Shown here piece after piece: positions 34,580-44,916 of a DNA stretch of 54,907 nt. Below the pieces are notes generated by a model. It ran no database searches. It saw only the letters and a program-made list of their open reading frames with translations, and had not been told where the DNA came from. The translations under genes and the position numbers were made by a program. Numbering within the stretch: position 1 is the first letter of the stretch; each line of letters starts with the position of its first letter. The DNA is from a virus. The stretch lies in the IMG/VR virus record IMGVR_UViG_3300014208_000009, positions 1 to 54,907 of that record. One strand, written 5' to 3'.

Positions 34580-35367
34580 GTTATCGGATCAGAACAGGTT
34601 GTTTTTACAATAGGCGTATCTCTAAACTCACAAGTCACTTTTGAAAGTCCTTTGGATTCAATCCATTCAGAAGTAAAATTGAAGTCGTAAATACTCCCGG
34701 TTTCACTTTCAGGTATCCCGTAGTGAGTAGTTAAAGTAACGTAATCATGAAGTCCGATTAAGGAAACAGCATCAACAATATATTCAGGTGCATAAAACCA
34801 CATCTTAAAGAGTTTTACCCTGCGCTGAAAAGTCAATAATTGGTTTCCTTCCCCGTCTTCTGTGGCTTCTTCTTCGATTAAGTATTCAGGTTTGGCAAGC
34901 GTAGTTTCAACGATTAATTTATTTTTAAACTGTGTACTCGGATTCGTATAGTCTATTCCTCCTAAGTCATATTTGTTGTAATATTCTAAGACTGTATAAT
35001 CGGTAATATCCCCTACCGAAAAGACCTCTGAATAGAAATGATCCGATCCTGCCGTTACGTCCAAATAATAATCTGCCTCTGTCATGGCAGTTATCGCTAC
35101 CGAGGCATCATGGATAAGATAAGCCGAAGCCGAAAACTGAACAAAGTAAATCGTAGGACTGATGACTGCGCTTACTTCGGTCGAAGCGTTCACTAAGTTT
35201 ACTGTTCCGCTTGTAACCCCTAAATCCACTACGATCTGAAACGGAGGCAAATGCGTTGTATCGGTCAATAACTGAAATTTCGAGGTATTGACATGGTCTT
35301 TATAGCGGTTCTGTTTCTCTACCGCAGTATAGAATCTCAAAGGGATATGTAAAGTATCGTCAAACAT
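34576..35367 (-). CDS. Tail tip/baseplate-region protein (263 aa)
   Basis: The call rests on position only. Confidence 0.5.
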   Translation of the reverse strand: MFDDTLHIPLRFYTAVEKQNRYKDHVNTSKFQLLTDTTHLPPFQIVVDLGVTSGTVNLVNASTEVSAVISPTIYFVQFSASAYLIHDASVAITAMTEADYYLDVTAGSDHFYSEVFSVGDITDYTVLEYYNKYDLGGIDYTNPSTQFKNKLIVETTLAKPEYLIEEEATEDGEGNQLLTFQRRVKLFKMWFYAPEYIVDAVSLIGLHDYVTLTTHYGIPESETGSIYDFNFTSEWIESKGLSKVTCEFRDTPIVKTTCSDPIT

Positions 35368-35408
35368 GATTCAAAGTTAGTCAATCCTAAAAGGTGTAAA
35401 ATAGGGGT

Positions 35409-35762
35409 TCATCGTAGTTTTATTGCTATATAAACAAAGGTTACAATCAGATCACAGGTAAACTTAAAGCTCGCCAATCCTTTATCTGTCGGATAAATCG
35501 GTACATACCCATAATCGACTCCAGCCCAACCCCAGATAGGTAAAATGTCGTAATTCGTTCCGGCGGGCCACGCCTCCTGAAAAGTTACGGTAGATTCTCC
35601 GGTTGCAACATTGGTAAAAGTATAGGCACGATAAATAGTGTCAGGAAGGATGCTCGAAAGCAGTAACCGTTCGGCTTCGGTATTCCCACTTTTGTCAAGC
35701 GGAATATACTTTCCAGTAGTCGCTATCGCATCACTTAATTGATAGATTCGTTTATTAGCCAT
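35409..35762 (-). CDS. Small tail-region protein (117 aa)
   Basis: The start overlaps the upstream stop region. The call rests on position only. Confidence 0.5.
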   Translation of the reverse strand: MANKRIYQLSDAIATTGKYIPLDKSGNTEAERLLLSSILPDTIYRAYTFTNVATGESTVTFQEAWPAGTNYDILPIWGWAGVDYGYVPIYPTDKGLASFKFTCDLIVTFVYIAIKLR

Positions 35763-37557
35763 ACCAAATCAATGTTCCTCCGTTGTGTATCAATTCATTA
35801 AATCCGTTTATCAAAATATAATAAGTTTCCCCCACAGGGTAATTACTGGCCTTTATGTCAAGGTAAAAAAAAACCGTCTTTACAGACCCGTCTATCAATC
35901 GGTATTCTGCCGCTCGGACTTCGCCTTCACCTAATTCGGTTATCTTATAGGCCATCGGGTCAAACGTACCACAACATTCAGGATAAGTAATTTCTTCTTG
36001 CTTAATTAATCTTTTATAGGAAAGGAACACAATATCGCTTCCGTTCATGTTTCCTTTTGAAATCACCCTTCCGTGCCGATGATAATTATAATGAAGGTTA
36101 GCCCATGACAAATGATTATTCGGAAGTACAACCCCACTTAAAAGTCCCACTTCGTTAACAATAATGTCACTTGCAACCGTCACGATAGCCCACCCTTCGT
36201 TTGAAATGTCCGAAGAGTTGTTATACATATATTTCGCATCCGTAGTGACCGGAATCGAAAAGGACTTGATATTGTCCTTATAGCGGTTAAATGTGGCAAT
36301 ATTGTTATAGATAATATCTCTACCAAAGAAGTCAATACTATTGGCTTCAGCCCACTCGAAATGTTCCCTTGTCGGCATATCTTCAATCTGATACGCCCAT
36401 TTATTCTTTTTGTTAATCCATTTTCCACCGTCCAATAACGTAAGGTCGGTGTCCGAAGCGGCTGTATTCTCAAAGTAAGACCAATGCTCGATTCTGAATT
36501 TATCGTCATCGTCAATAAACCAATCAATATTGAACATCGTTTTTAAAATGTCCATCAAATCATTAAAAGTAACTTTCCAATTTGTTGCCCTATCAGAAGT
36601 CAATCGAATGTCTGACTTTTGATAAACAACCATTCCGTTCAAAGGGTTCGGGTCAACTAAGGTGACGTAATTCTTTGTGCCGATAGGAATATCCGTGTTT
36701 CCTGTGGGATATTCGTCATTTTCTAAAAAGGTCGAAACATAGTCTAACCCTCCGATAGTGTTAACAAGATAACTGATTGCGTCACTTAATAAAATCCCCC
36801 GGCTGTTTCCGAAATCAAATAACTGATCTAAGACCCGTTCCCAGGTATAAACATTTCCACCCGAACAAGCCGTTGTATCGGTTAAAGCATAACCCGTCCA
36901 AAGATCAGGATAAGAATAGGGATAGGTATAGTTTCCTTGCGGATCGTGAAATTCCTGCCATTGTGTCGGGTCTAAAGACGTACAAGAACTATACGCATAC
37001 TCTGTAATGTCTGTAAAATTGATCTGTGTCTGAACGGTAGGGTTTAAGTTGTAAAGATTATATTCGTGATCGCCCAATTCTTCCAAAAGTCGGTACACAT
37101 CATCAGGACTTGCCGTAACCGTAAAAAGACCTCTGTCTGAATCCCAATTTCCATCTACGATAGAAAAATATCCTTCCCACCAATCAGAAGAAGAAGTTAC
37201 ACAAGTTTGCTCGATCCGTATTTTTACCTCAAGTGAAGTGTCAATAATATCAGCCAACATAGAATAATCGTTCTGAAGTTGGTTGTTTAAGAAGGTTAGG
37301 TCGCCTTTTAACTTTTTTCTATACTTATGATCCCAAATGTCGTATTCAATCGCCATATCCCTTGAAACACCGGGATAAACCTGAATCCAACGATCTACAT
37401 GACCGCTTGCGATTTCTTCGGGTGTAGCGTAACTCCCAAAGAGTAAACTATCCGATCCCGTAGTAAAATAATCATAGACAAGTTGTGGTGCAAGGTTAAA
37501 TTGATACCATTGTGAAACAGTAAATCCGGGTTCGATATAGAATTTATACTTTGGCAT
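35755..37557 (-). CDS. Distal tail / tail-tip protein candidate (600 aa)
   Basis: Lies immediately downstream of the tape measure gene, overlapping it by 14 nt. Confidence 0.45.
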   Translation of the reverse strand: MPKYKFYIEPGFTVSQWYQFNLAPQLVYDYFTTGSDSLLFGSYATPEEIASGHVDRWIQVYPGVSRDMAIEYDIWDHKYRKKLKGDLTFLNNQLQNDYSMLADIIDTSLEVKIRIEQTCVTSSSDWWEGYFSIVDGNWDSDRGLFTVTASPDDVYRLLEELGDHEYNLYNLNPTVQTQINFTDITEYAYSSCTSLDPTQWQEFHDPQGNYTYPYSYPDLWTGYALTDTTACSGGNVYTWERVLDQLFDFGNSRGILLSDAISYLVNTIGGLDYVSTFLENDEYPTGNTDIPIGTKNYVTLVDPNPLNGMVVYQKSDIRLTSDRATNWKVTFNDLMDILKTMFNIDWFIDDDDKFRIEHWSYFENTAASDTDLTLLDGGKWINKKNKWAYQIEDMPTREHFEWAEANSIDFFGRDIIYNNIATFNRYKDNIKSFSIPVTTDAKYMYNNSSDISNEGWAIVTVASDIIVNEVGLLSGVVLPNNHLSWANLHYNYHRHGRVISKGNMNGSDIVFLSYKRLIKQEEITYPECCGTFDPMAYKITELGEGEVRAAEYRLIDGSVKTVFFYLDIKASNYPVGETYYILINGFNELIHNGGTLIWYG

Positions 37558-40500
37558 GAATAACCCTCCTTCTGTTACCGATTTCTTCTACCCTGTAACC
37601 ATTAAAGTAGGTTACTTTCTTTTGATTGAAATGTTTACCTAACATTCGTGCGGTATTTGTGTCGTCTAAAGAAACCGATAAGTCCTGATTCAAAGCCCTA
37701 TACACATCGGACATATCGTCATTATTAATTGCTTGAACCAAGTCTTTATTTTTAGCATAAGCCGAAGCCCTTACGACAAATTCACCCCCTTCGGCTTCGA
37801 CAGGGACACCACCTTGTGAATGTTTCTTCCCTTCGATTTCACCACCTTCGCCATATTTAGTCAGTTCTTTGGCTTTAACTTGTGCAGCAGCGAACGTACC
37901 CCACATAGCCGCTATTTCAGCGATAGCAAGTATCTGACCCACAACGGGCATAGCCGAATAGTTCTTTAGAATATTAGCAGTTGCTGATATTAAGCTAACG
38001 GCCTGTGCCATTGCTTCTAATTGCTGTTGTTTTTCTACCGCTTCTTCTTGTAGTTTAAGAGCCTCGGCTTGTCTTTTTTTGGCATCGGCTAATTCTTTTT
38101 CTTTTAGAGTGACATTACTGGCATATCCGGCCTGCATTTTTTGAAGTTCGATTTCAAGGTCACGCTGAAGCTGATCGACAACCCGTTCGGAGTTTTCTAC
38201 TCTAAGATCAGCCATTTCCTTTTCCTTATCGGCCAACCCTTGTATTTGATCTGAAATGAAAGTAAACCCTCTTTTCAGGGCACTCATTTGTTCAGAAGTA
38301 AGATCGGTTATGCCTAAATTATCCCAAAAAGTAGGAGACTTTGGTTGATCTTCGTCTTTAGGAACGAATCGTTTTTCTAAATCAGCACCCTCTATTTTCC
38401 TCTTCCATTCAACAATAAATTTATCTAAAAGTTTAAGTCTTTCATCACTTGTTAATTTCTGATTCTTAATAGATTCATAAAAGTTTTTTTGTTCTGTTAA
38501 TGGAAGGTCTCGTAATTTTAAATATTCTTCAGAAACAGATGCAACATAGTCTTTCGCATTTAATTTCTGTATGACAACATTCCCGCTTTCATCAAGAACA
38601 ATTCCTTTATATATGTCATAGTATTTTTCAATAATTTTAATCCGATCCTTCCACATTTTTTCTTCAATGATTCCAGATTCAATCCCATATTCCCTTGCTT
38701 TATCAAGAAGTTCAGAATAATGGAGTTCATGGGTAGCTAACTCTTTATCAAACCCATCTTCCATTATATCAATCTTGAATTTCGCTATTTTATTTTCATA
38801 TTCTTTTACGATTTTATATTTTGCATCAGCGATTTTTTGTGTCCAGTTAATGTCCTTAATACCAACCTCTTCTGCTAAATCCTGTAATTTAAGATAATGA
38901 AGATCAATAATTGCAAATTCCTTTTCCAATCCATCTTGCATTATATCAATCTGTAATTGGGCTGTTTTATAGACTATGTTTTCTTTCTTTTCGGCTTCTT
39001 CGGTGGCTAAATCGACCATCGTTTTTGTCGCTTCCTGTTGTAATGATTGCTGCCAACTTATTAAATCTTCTAAGTAAATCTTATTGGCTTCGAGAAGTTT
39101 CTTTCTTGATACATTCCACCATTTTATTTCCTTTTCCCATATTGTTATTCTTGCTTGTGTAGCCTTAATATTGGCATCCAACCTCCCACTTAATATTTCA
39201 TCGTAAGATTTAGAATATGTCTCTTCTAACGACTGACTTCTTTCAGAAAATTCTTTTTGGGTTATTTCCTTATTATTATAGGAATCCATCAATGCTTCTG
39301 CATCATTAATATAGGATTGCTTTTTTAACCTTGTGTCTTTTTCTATTGTTTCCTTTAAAAGTTGCAAATTATCATTAGCCATGATAGTTGCTTTTCCCTG
39401 GAGTGATCCAAAAGCATCTTGAAGATAATCAAGCGTTCCGGTTGCTAAATCTATGAAAACCTTTAAAACTCCGTTTCCTTTATTGATTGTTAAAATAAGG
39501 GATTCCCATGCTCCTGTTAACTTTTCTATTGATCCGGCAAAGTTGTCCATACGAATTTCAGACATTTTCTTTGCTGCGTCTCCCGTAAGGATATAATTTT
39601 TATAGGCATCCCAAACAAGATCAGATTGTTGTGCGAGTGCCAAAACAGCAGTTACAGAATATCTATCTGCCAATGCTAATGCTTTTGTAGCATCAAGACC
39701 CTCTTTGTTCAATTTTTGAAATCCTATAATCAATTCAGGAAGAGACGTAACCGTGAATCCGATTGCTTTTGATAGCTTACTATTGGCATCGGCTAACCGT
39801 AAGAATATGTTTCTCAATCCTGTACCTGCCTGTGAAGCGACTACGCCCTGATCGGCCAATTTTGCCATGATAGCAGTAACCTCTTCCATCTGCCATCCTG
39901 TTTTACTTGCAACAGGCGCAATATACTTCATGGTTTCTTGGAACTTATACAAGTCAAGCGCAGAGGCGTTAAACGATTGTGCCATTACGTCAACTACCCT
40001 TGTCAGTTCGTTTGCGTTCATTCCAAAACCACGAATAACCGTACCTGCCACTAAAGCAGATTGTGCCAAATCTTCCCCGGTTGCAGCCGCCAAAGCCACA
40101 ACCCCATCGGTTGCAGCACGGATTTCTGGAACTGTAAAACCTAACTTTGCAAGTTCTTCTTGAAGACCCGCTATTTGTTTTGAGGTAAAAAGAGTTTGTC
40201 CACCTAACCGGATAGCATCATTTCGTAATTGATTGAACTCTTTATCCGTAGCCATCGTGATAGCCCGAACCCCTGCCATAGCAAACTCAAAGTCTTTCGA
40301 TATGGTCACAACCGAAGAACCAAGTTGCGCCAACATTCTTGTAGCCGTGCTGACTACGTTTGAAATGATATTGCCTAACGCATTGAATTTGAACTGATAA
40401 GACTTTAACGCATTGCCCCAAGTGTTTGAATTAGCATTTGCGGCCTTTCGTGTTTCGGCAATTTGATCTTGTGCGGCCTTCTTAGCGGAAGCGGTTTGTT

Positions 40501-40765
40501 CCCGTGCCGATTGTTTGGCGGCATCGGTTTGCTGTTTATAGGCTCTTTTGGATTCTTCGGATTGTTTTTTAAGCTCTGCGGCATGGTCTAAGGTTCGCCT
40601 TTTTTCTTCTTCCTTTAATTGAGCGGTAAGGCGTTTGGCCTCTTCTTTTTGCTGAATAGAAGAAGAAACCTTAGTACCACCCGTTCCACCCGTAGTTGAT
40701 CCGGTGATATTTATGTTTACGTTAATTGTCCTGTCAGCCATTCTCTTAAAGTTTTTCGATACCAC
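37544..40765 (-). CDS. Tail tape measure protein (TP901-family core)
   Basis: Contains AMAGVRAITMATDKEFNQLRNDAIRLGGQT...MKYIAPVASKTGW...QAGTGLRNIFLRL, long coiled coils, and hydrophobic Gly/Ala segments near the C-terminus. The start is either the GTG at 40765 or the ATG (MADRTIN) at 40741. Confidence 0.9.
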   Translation of the reverse strand: MVSKNFKRMADRTINVNINITGSTTGGTGGTKVSSSIQQKEEAKRLTAQLKEEEKRRTLDHAAELKKQSEESKRAYKQQTDAAKQSAREQTASAKKAAQDQIAETRKAANANSNTWGNALKSYQFKFNALGNIISNVVSTATRMLAQLGSSVVTISKDFEFAMAGVRAITMATDKEFNQLRNDAIRLGGQTLFTSKQIAGLQEELAKLGFTVPEIRAATDGVVALAAATGEDLAQSALVAGTVIRGFGMNANELTRVVDVMAQSFNASALDLYKFQETMKYIAPVASKTGWQMEEVTAIMAKLADQGVVASQAGTGLRNIFLRLADANSKLSKAIGFTVTSLPELIIGFQKLNKEGLDATKALALADRYSVTAVLALAQQSDLVWDAYKNYILTGDAAKKMSEIRMDNFAGSIEKLTGAWESLILTINKGNGVLKVFIDLATGTLDYLQDAFGSLQGKATIMANDNLQLLKETIEKDTRLKKQSYINDAEALMDSYNNKEITQKEFSERSQSLEETYSKSYDEILSGRLDANIKATQARITIWEKEIKWWNVSRKKLLEANKIYLEDLISWQQSLQQEATKTMVDLATEEAEKKENIVYKTAQLQIDIMQDGLEKEFAIIDLHYLKLQDLAEEVGIKDINWTQKIADAKYKIVKEYENKIAKFKIDIMEDGFDKELATHELHYSELLDKAREYGIESGIIEEKMWKDRIKIIEKYYDIYKGIVLDESGNVVIQKLNAKDYVASVSEEYLKLRDLPLTEQKNFYESIKNQKLTSDERLKLLDKFIVEWKRKIEGADLEKRFVPKDEDQPKSPTFWDNLGITDLTSEQMSALKRGFTFISDQIQGLADKEKEMADLRVENSERVVDQLQRDLEIELQKMQAGYASNVTLKEKELADAKKRQAEALKLQEEAVEKQQQLEAMAQAVSLISATANILKNYSAMPVVGQILAIAEIAAMWGTFAAAQVKAKELTKYGEGGEIEGKKHSQGGVPVEAEGGEFVVRASAYAKNKDLVQAINNDDMSDVYRALNQDLSVSLDDTNTARMLGKHFNQKKVTYFNGYRVEEIGNRRRVIHAKV
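38600..38985 (-). repeat. Two tandem ~61-aa repeats inside the tape measure
   Basis: (Q/K)IDIM(Q/E)DG(L/F)(E/D)KE..A...(D/E)LHY..L occurs twice, about 184 nt apart (approximate coordinates). Confidence 0.6.
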
Positions 40766-40843
40766 ACGGGCTTAACATTATGGACTTTGAAATAAGTCCT
40801 TTCCACTTCACAATAGTATTCACCTAACTTGACAACGCCCCAC

Positions 40844-41200
40844 CTACCTCCGAGTTGCATTTTCTTCTTCGCCTCCCGAATTGCTTTTCTTTTGTCGGTC
40901 TGTAAGCCATTTCGTAAGCCTTCGTTGGAAACTGATTCTTTCTTCATGCGAGAACCGTTTAATCGTTTCAACACTTTCATTAGAGTTGACCGAAAGCCAG
41001 AAAACGACATCTTCATAGTCCTGGTACATCTTTCGGATTTTCCCGGCAAAATTGTAGATCGTGTTTCCTTTTTCATCCTTTAAATCGCTTAGTTCCCAAA
41101 GTTTTTCTATCTCTGAATTTATTTGCTGTCGGATTTTGAGGTCGTCTGATCCGCCAAGTTTTTCTGTAAGATGCTTAATCCTTCGTAAAATGCCGGGTTT
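40844..41200 (-). CDS. Frameshift extension of the chaperone (GT-like product, ~270 aa in total)
   Basis: The track ORF 40844..41317 is in the -1 frame relative to 41119..41658 (by coordinate arithmetic). It stays open for 117 codons past the slippery site. Confidence 0.5.
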   Translation of the reverse strand, partial: KPGILRRIKHLTEKLGGSDDLKIRQQINSEIEKLWELSDLKDEKGNTIYNFAGKIRKMYQDYEDVVFWLSVNSNESVETIKRFSHEERISFQRRLTKWLTDRQKKSNSGGEEENATRR

Positions 41201-41658
41201 AAGGTCTTGCTCATTTCCTCCATCATCAGGGAATAAGCCCCGAAGCTGGCGGGTGAGCCTATCGTAAAATTTTGAACAGACTCCTCCACCGTCTTGCGGG
41301 TTAGTCCTTCTTTCCACAGTTCCTCTAACTTCTCATTAAGATAAAGTTCATCTACCTTTAACTGGTCTTCGTCCTTAGTTATACAAATCAGCGCAAAGCA
41401 TTTAGAAAGCGCATCGTCATTATAGCCGTCTGTTTCAATCGCTTGTCCGTAATTCTGAAAAACCCCAAGTGCCTGAAAGTATTTCTGATGGTTAAAAAAC
41501 TCGGTGGCTTTTTCAAGCGATTCCTTAAAAAGCGGTCGGTCAATACCTTCCAAAGACTTTAACAGGTACATTTTAAAATAGTTAAACCGTTTGTCGTTAA
41601 TGTCACCGACATCTTCCATGAGTAAGTATTTCTTTTGACCGATAAGGATTTCTTTCAT
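41119..41658 (-). CDS. Tail assembly chaperone (G-like, 179 aa)
   Basis: Lies directly upstream of the tape measure gene. Its 3' end is overlapped by a long -1 frame ORF. Confidence 0.6.
   Translation of the reverse strand: MKEILIGQKKYLLMEDVGDINDKRFNYFKMYLLKSLEGIDRPLFKESLEKATEFFNHQKYFQALGVFQNYGQAIETDGYNDDALSKCFALICITKDEDQLKVDELYLNEKLEELWKEGLTRKTVEESVQNFTIGSPASFGAYSLMMEEMSKTLNPAFYEGLSILQKNLADQTTSKSDSK
41194..41200 (-). promoter_or_regulatory. Candidate -1 slippery heptamer A-AAC-CCG
   Basis: The minus strand reads tta aac ccg in the zero frame, matching the X XXY YYZ pattern. It lies 25 codons before the G stop. An alternative A-run (cag aaa aac) lies 30 nt downstream. Confidence 0.4.
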
Positions 41659-42110
41659 CTGAAGTAATTATTTAGTCCTGTGTATAAATCTTCTGTTATT
41701 ACGTCAAGTAACCATTCAAAATTAGCGTCATTCAGTCCTAAGATCGTTTCTCCCCAATGATGAATCAGTATGTCTTTCTTTTTATCTGTGGCATCTAAGC
41801 CTAACGAAAAACCCAAAGCATCGAACTTGACAAACATACTTTTCTGAAAATCGCCCGAAAAATTCAAATCAACATAATTCGTCTGGCGACCTATGGCTTT
41901 TCGCTTTTCAATCCATTTCTTACTCTTATAGCTTCCGTAAGGATTAAATTCGTCTGTCTTTAACTTTCCTTCTGAATCTTCACCTTTTAAAAGTTGCTCT
42001 TGGTTTCGTTTGATGATTTCTTTCGAGTGCCTTTTTATAGACGACCTGACCAAAGAATCTACTTTAGTTTCAATTCCTGCAAGTTTTCTATTTAGCTGAT
42101 CTATATTCAT
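41655..42110 (-). CDS. Head-tail joining / tail completion candidate (151 aa)
   Basis: ATGA-coupled on both sides. The call rests on position only. Confidence 0.4.
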   Translation of the reverse strand: MNIDQLNRKLAGIETKVDSLVRSSIKRHSKEIIKRNQEQLLKGEDSEGKLKTDEFNPYGSYKSKKWIEKRKAIGRQTNYVDLNFSGDFQKSMFVKFDALGFSLGLDATDKKKDILIHHWGETILGLNDANFEWLLDVITEDLYTGLNNYFR

Positions 42111-43270
42111 CTGCGTCCCATTGAAACAATTTTAATCCCGTCCTGTTCACATGGTAAACAAACATCATCCATTCGTGAAAAGTCGATCACAATATCCTCT
42201 ATTAGACCCCTTCTCTTCATTCCGGTATTATCAATCCATCCGTTTAAGATAGACCAGTACATATTTCGCTTTTCTTCAGCAAAGTCTCTAAACCGTTTGG
42301 CATCGGTCGTGTCGTTTAAGCGTTTAGAAGCAAGATAGTCGTCTAAAATTCGTATGGCTATCTTATATTGAAGTGCTTTGGCAAAGACCGAAAGGTTATC
42401 CAAAAGAAGGTCGGTAATGTCGCACGTTACGTTTATCTTGGCAAACATTCCCCTTGATTCATCACAATAGAACGAAGTCAGATCATCAATATCCGGTAAA
42501 ATATAGTCGCTTGCCGTGTAATTTAAAAATGAATTTTCAATCTCGATGGGCTGAATCCAGACATATTCTCCAAAGACCCTACGGGGGGCGTTATTACATC
42601 CGCAGTCAAAATCAAATTCAACGGCACTACCCGTTAATTGTCCGGTGACTACGTTATTAGGATCGTATTCGTAATATCCTAACAAATAAGACTGCCTTGT
42701 ACCCGATCCCCTGTATTTAACAACAAAGTCGCTTACATCGAGCCATTGAACACTTAAAGGCTTATTATAAACAAAGTTAAACGTCTTTATCGCATCAACT
42801 TGGGAAGTTTCGTACAGGTAGATTTTAAGGGTCTGCGAGGCGTTAAGTTGAAGTCCTATTTTTGTGATCTCGGCTTTTATATTATTTGAACTTCTTGGTG
42901 TGATAACCCAACCGACAAATCGTGCGTTCTTAGTCGCCAGGTCGGTCATATCGGCTACCCCGTTGCAGACATCGAAATTAGACAAAATGGTTCTTGTGCC
43001 TAACCGGGATTGTGCCTTGATAACAAATTCGTTGACAATATCCGCTATTTCGCTTTTCTGGACGATTTCAAGATAATCGCTTGCTGAAGTCTGATCTCCG
43101 CTTAGACCTTTGGTGATAATATCGAAGTCGATCCCCGGAAGGTCGTTCACATAGTAACCTGATTGGGAAACCTTCAGGTTATCAGGAAGATTTGTATAAA
43201 GGGCGTTGGCACTTTCACGCCATCCCACAAGGTCGCTTCCTGCTGTGATTATGTCATCAATGGTAAACAT
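42107..43270 (-). CDS. Virion structural protein (387 aa), possibly the major tail protein
   Basis: It is the first gene after the sugar island and has its own promoter-like motif. No family recognised. Confidence 0.4.
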   Translation of the reverse strand: MFTIDDIITAGSDLVGWRESANALYTNLPDNLKVSQSGYYVNDLPGIDFDIITKGLSGDQTSASDYLEIVQKSEIADIVNEFVIKAQSRLGTRTILSNFDVCNGVADMTDLATKNARFVGWVITPRSSNNIKAEITKIGLQLNASQTLKIYLYETSQVDAIKTFNFVYNKPLSVQWLDVSDFVVKYRGSGTRQSYLLGYYEYDPNNVVTGQLTGSAVEFDFDCGCNNAPRRVFGEYVWIQPIEIENSFLNYTASDYILPDIDDLTSFYCDESRGMFAKINVTCDITDLLLDNLSVFAKALQYKIAIRILDDYLASKRLNDTTDAKRFRDFAEEKRNMYWSILNGWIDNTGMKRRGLIEDIVIDFSRMDDVCLPCEQDGIKIVSMGRR

Positions 43271-43283
43271 ATCCTTTTTGTCC

Positions 43284-43315
43284 CAAATTTACGGGAAAGG
43301 ATATGCCCTTGCAAT
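43284..43315 (-). promoter_or_regulatory. Candidate promoter (ATTG-N20-TAAATTTG)
   Basis: Sits in the 49-nt gap between the island and ORF 42107..43270, 13 nt upstream of the ATG. Confidence 0.35.
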
Positions 43316-43319
43316 AGAC

Positions 43320-43943
43320 CTATTTCTGTGCTATGATACAATAGTCAATATCGGTTTCGATTGTCCGTATTAGAGAAAGATCAAAATAGGCCACAATTTG
43401 TTTTAAAAGAGCCAAATCAAAAACGTGGTGATGCAAACAACGGTTCTCAATGTTCTTTAGGCTTCGTTCCTTGAATTGTTCAAGGGTTCCGGCAGGCGGG
43501 TCAAGTGGAAGATCATGTAAAGAAAGAATTTCATCCAAATGTGTCAAATCGTCTTCGCCTATGTTATTTTCAAAATCCCGTATCAGGTGGGAAAATTCCG
43601 TAATCCCCCTTCGATGGTCGAAATTTGATTCTTTCTTCGGGGCGACAATCGTTATTAATCCGTTAGGTTTTAAGACCCCGATCCATTCCCTAACCGCCTT
43701 TAAAGGGTTAGCGATATGTTCTATGACGTTACTGGCAAGCACGAAGTCATACTTTTTTGTAAGAGAAAGATCCGTTGCTTCTTGGATGAAATTCTTACCG
43801 ACTACTTTTCCGTTTATAATATAGTCTTCTCCGTAATTGCCCCAAATAGTCTTATTTGAAAAGATCACGTTATCGCAACCTGATATTTCTAAGTAGTTCT
43901 GTTTAAAGTAGGCACTTGGCCCACCGATTTCAAGTCCGTACAT
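43320..43943 (-). CDS. Class I SAM-dependent methyltransferase (Methyltransf_11-like)
   Basis: The track start at 44003 is TTG; the ATG is at 43943. Contains GLEIGGPS (motif I) and YDFVLASNVIEHIANPLKAVREWIGVLKPNGLITIVAP. Confidence 0.75.
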   Translation of the reverse strand: MYGLEIGGPSAYFKQNYLEISGCDNVIFSNKTIWGNYGEDYIINGKVVGKNFIQEATDLSLTKKYDFVLASNVIEHIANPLKAVREWIGVLKPNGLITIVAPKKESNFDHRRGITEFSHLIRDFENNIGEDDLTHLDEILSLHDLPLDPPAGTLEQFKERSLKNIENRCLHHHVFDLALLKQIVAYFDLSLIRTIETDIDYCIIAQK

Positions 43944-44835
43944 TGGGTCTGTCTTGATCTGAATCTCCTTTAAATACAATGTAATACTCTGCTCTGCAAG
44001 CAAATTTTAGAGGTCTATGTTCCATAACGAAAGGTTCTGTCCAGTTGGGAATAATCAAATTATCAGGCTTTAAGTAAAATCCCATCTTTAAGAATTTTTC
44101 TTCAGGAATACCAAAGTTCACGCAATCAACATATTGGGCGTTTTCAAATCTCATTAAGGAATTAAAGGCAAACTGCACGTTTTCAGGTAGTTCACCAAAA
44201 ATGTCCACAATCCTAAGAATCGAAGTGCGCCCGTTATAGATTTTTCTAATTACAAACGCACAATCCCTGATTCCGTAGATCGAATAATCATAAAAAGGAT
44301 TCAAGCGATACCTTGCGTTAACATAAGTGTTTGATTTTGCAGGACATTGTGGTTTAACGTCAACCTCTTTAACTAAGGTGAGTTCTTCGCACTTTTCCCA
44401 TTTTGCCAGATAATCAACAAAAGGCAAAAAGTAATGATTAGCCACTCCGCTTACCCAACCTCTTTTTAAGTAAAGTTGTTCGATGGTGTCATTAATCCCT
44501 ATTGCCCCTATTGAACGTGGCTTAAATGCTTCTTCAATGAAATCAAGCAGTTTACTACCTAACCCTTTCGGGCAGTCCGGGGTTTTACACCAGATCGCCA
44601 ACCAAATATCCAATTCTTTAATGTCCTTATCGTACTGATTTGTAGGAATAAACCCTAAAGCGGTATAGATTTTCCCTTCTTCAATTCCAATTACGAAGTT
44701 ATATCCATACCCGTTGTGATGCTGGTAGTTCATCAAGTCTATGCTTTTTGAAAGGATATGATCTTTCTTCCAATAGTCGTTTAGAAACTGTTGAATTAAA
44801 GGAAGTTCGTTAAACCTAACAAGTCTTATTTCCAT
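43930..44835 (-). CDS. GNAT-like acyltransferase candidate (301 aa from the ATG)
   Basis: The track start at 44910 is TTG; the ATG (MEIRLVRFNE) is at 44835. Contains CPKGLGSKLLDFIEE, which resembles GNAT motif A. Confidence 0.45.
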   Translation of the reverse strand: MEIRLVRFNELPLIQQFLNDYWKKDHILSKSIDLMNYQHHNGYGYNFVIGIEEGKIYTALGFIPTNQYDKDIKELDIWLAIWCKTPDCPKGLGSKLLDFIEEAFKPRSIGAIGINDTIEQLYLKRGWVSGVANHYFLPFVDYLAKWEKCEELTLVKEVDVKPQCPAKSNTYVNARYRLNPFYDYSIYGIRDCAFVIRKIYNGRTSILRIVDIFGELPENVQFAFNSLMRFENAQYVDCVNFGIPEEKFLKMGFYLKPDNLIIPNWTEPFVMEHRPLKFACRAEYYIVFKGDSDQDRPNVRT

Positions 44836-44916
44836 GTTTCTTATTTTAGGACGTAAATCAACGTACCATAAACTATAACCAACAGAATAATGGTAACTAT
44901 CTTCATCCAAAGCGGA

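Noticed and set aside
40717-41076. A 119-aa ORF overlapping both the chaperone extension and the tape measure start
   Set aside because: Most of it shadows the -1 extension frame. Only the last 47 codons (40717..40860, from MQLGGRW) could be an independent small gene, and even that is uncertain.
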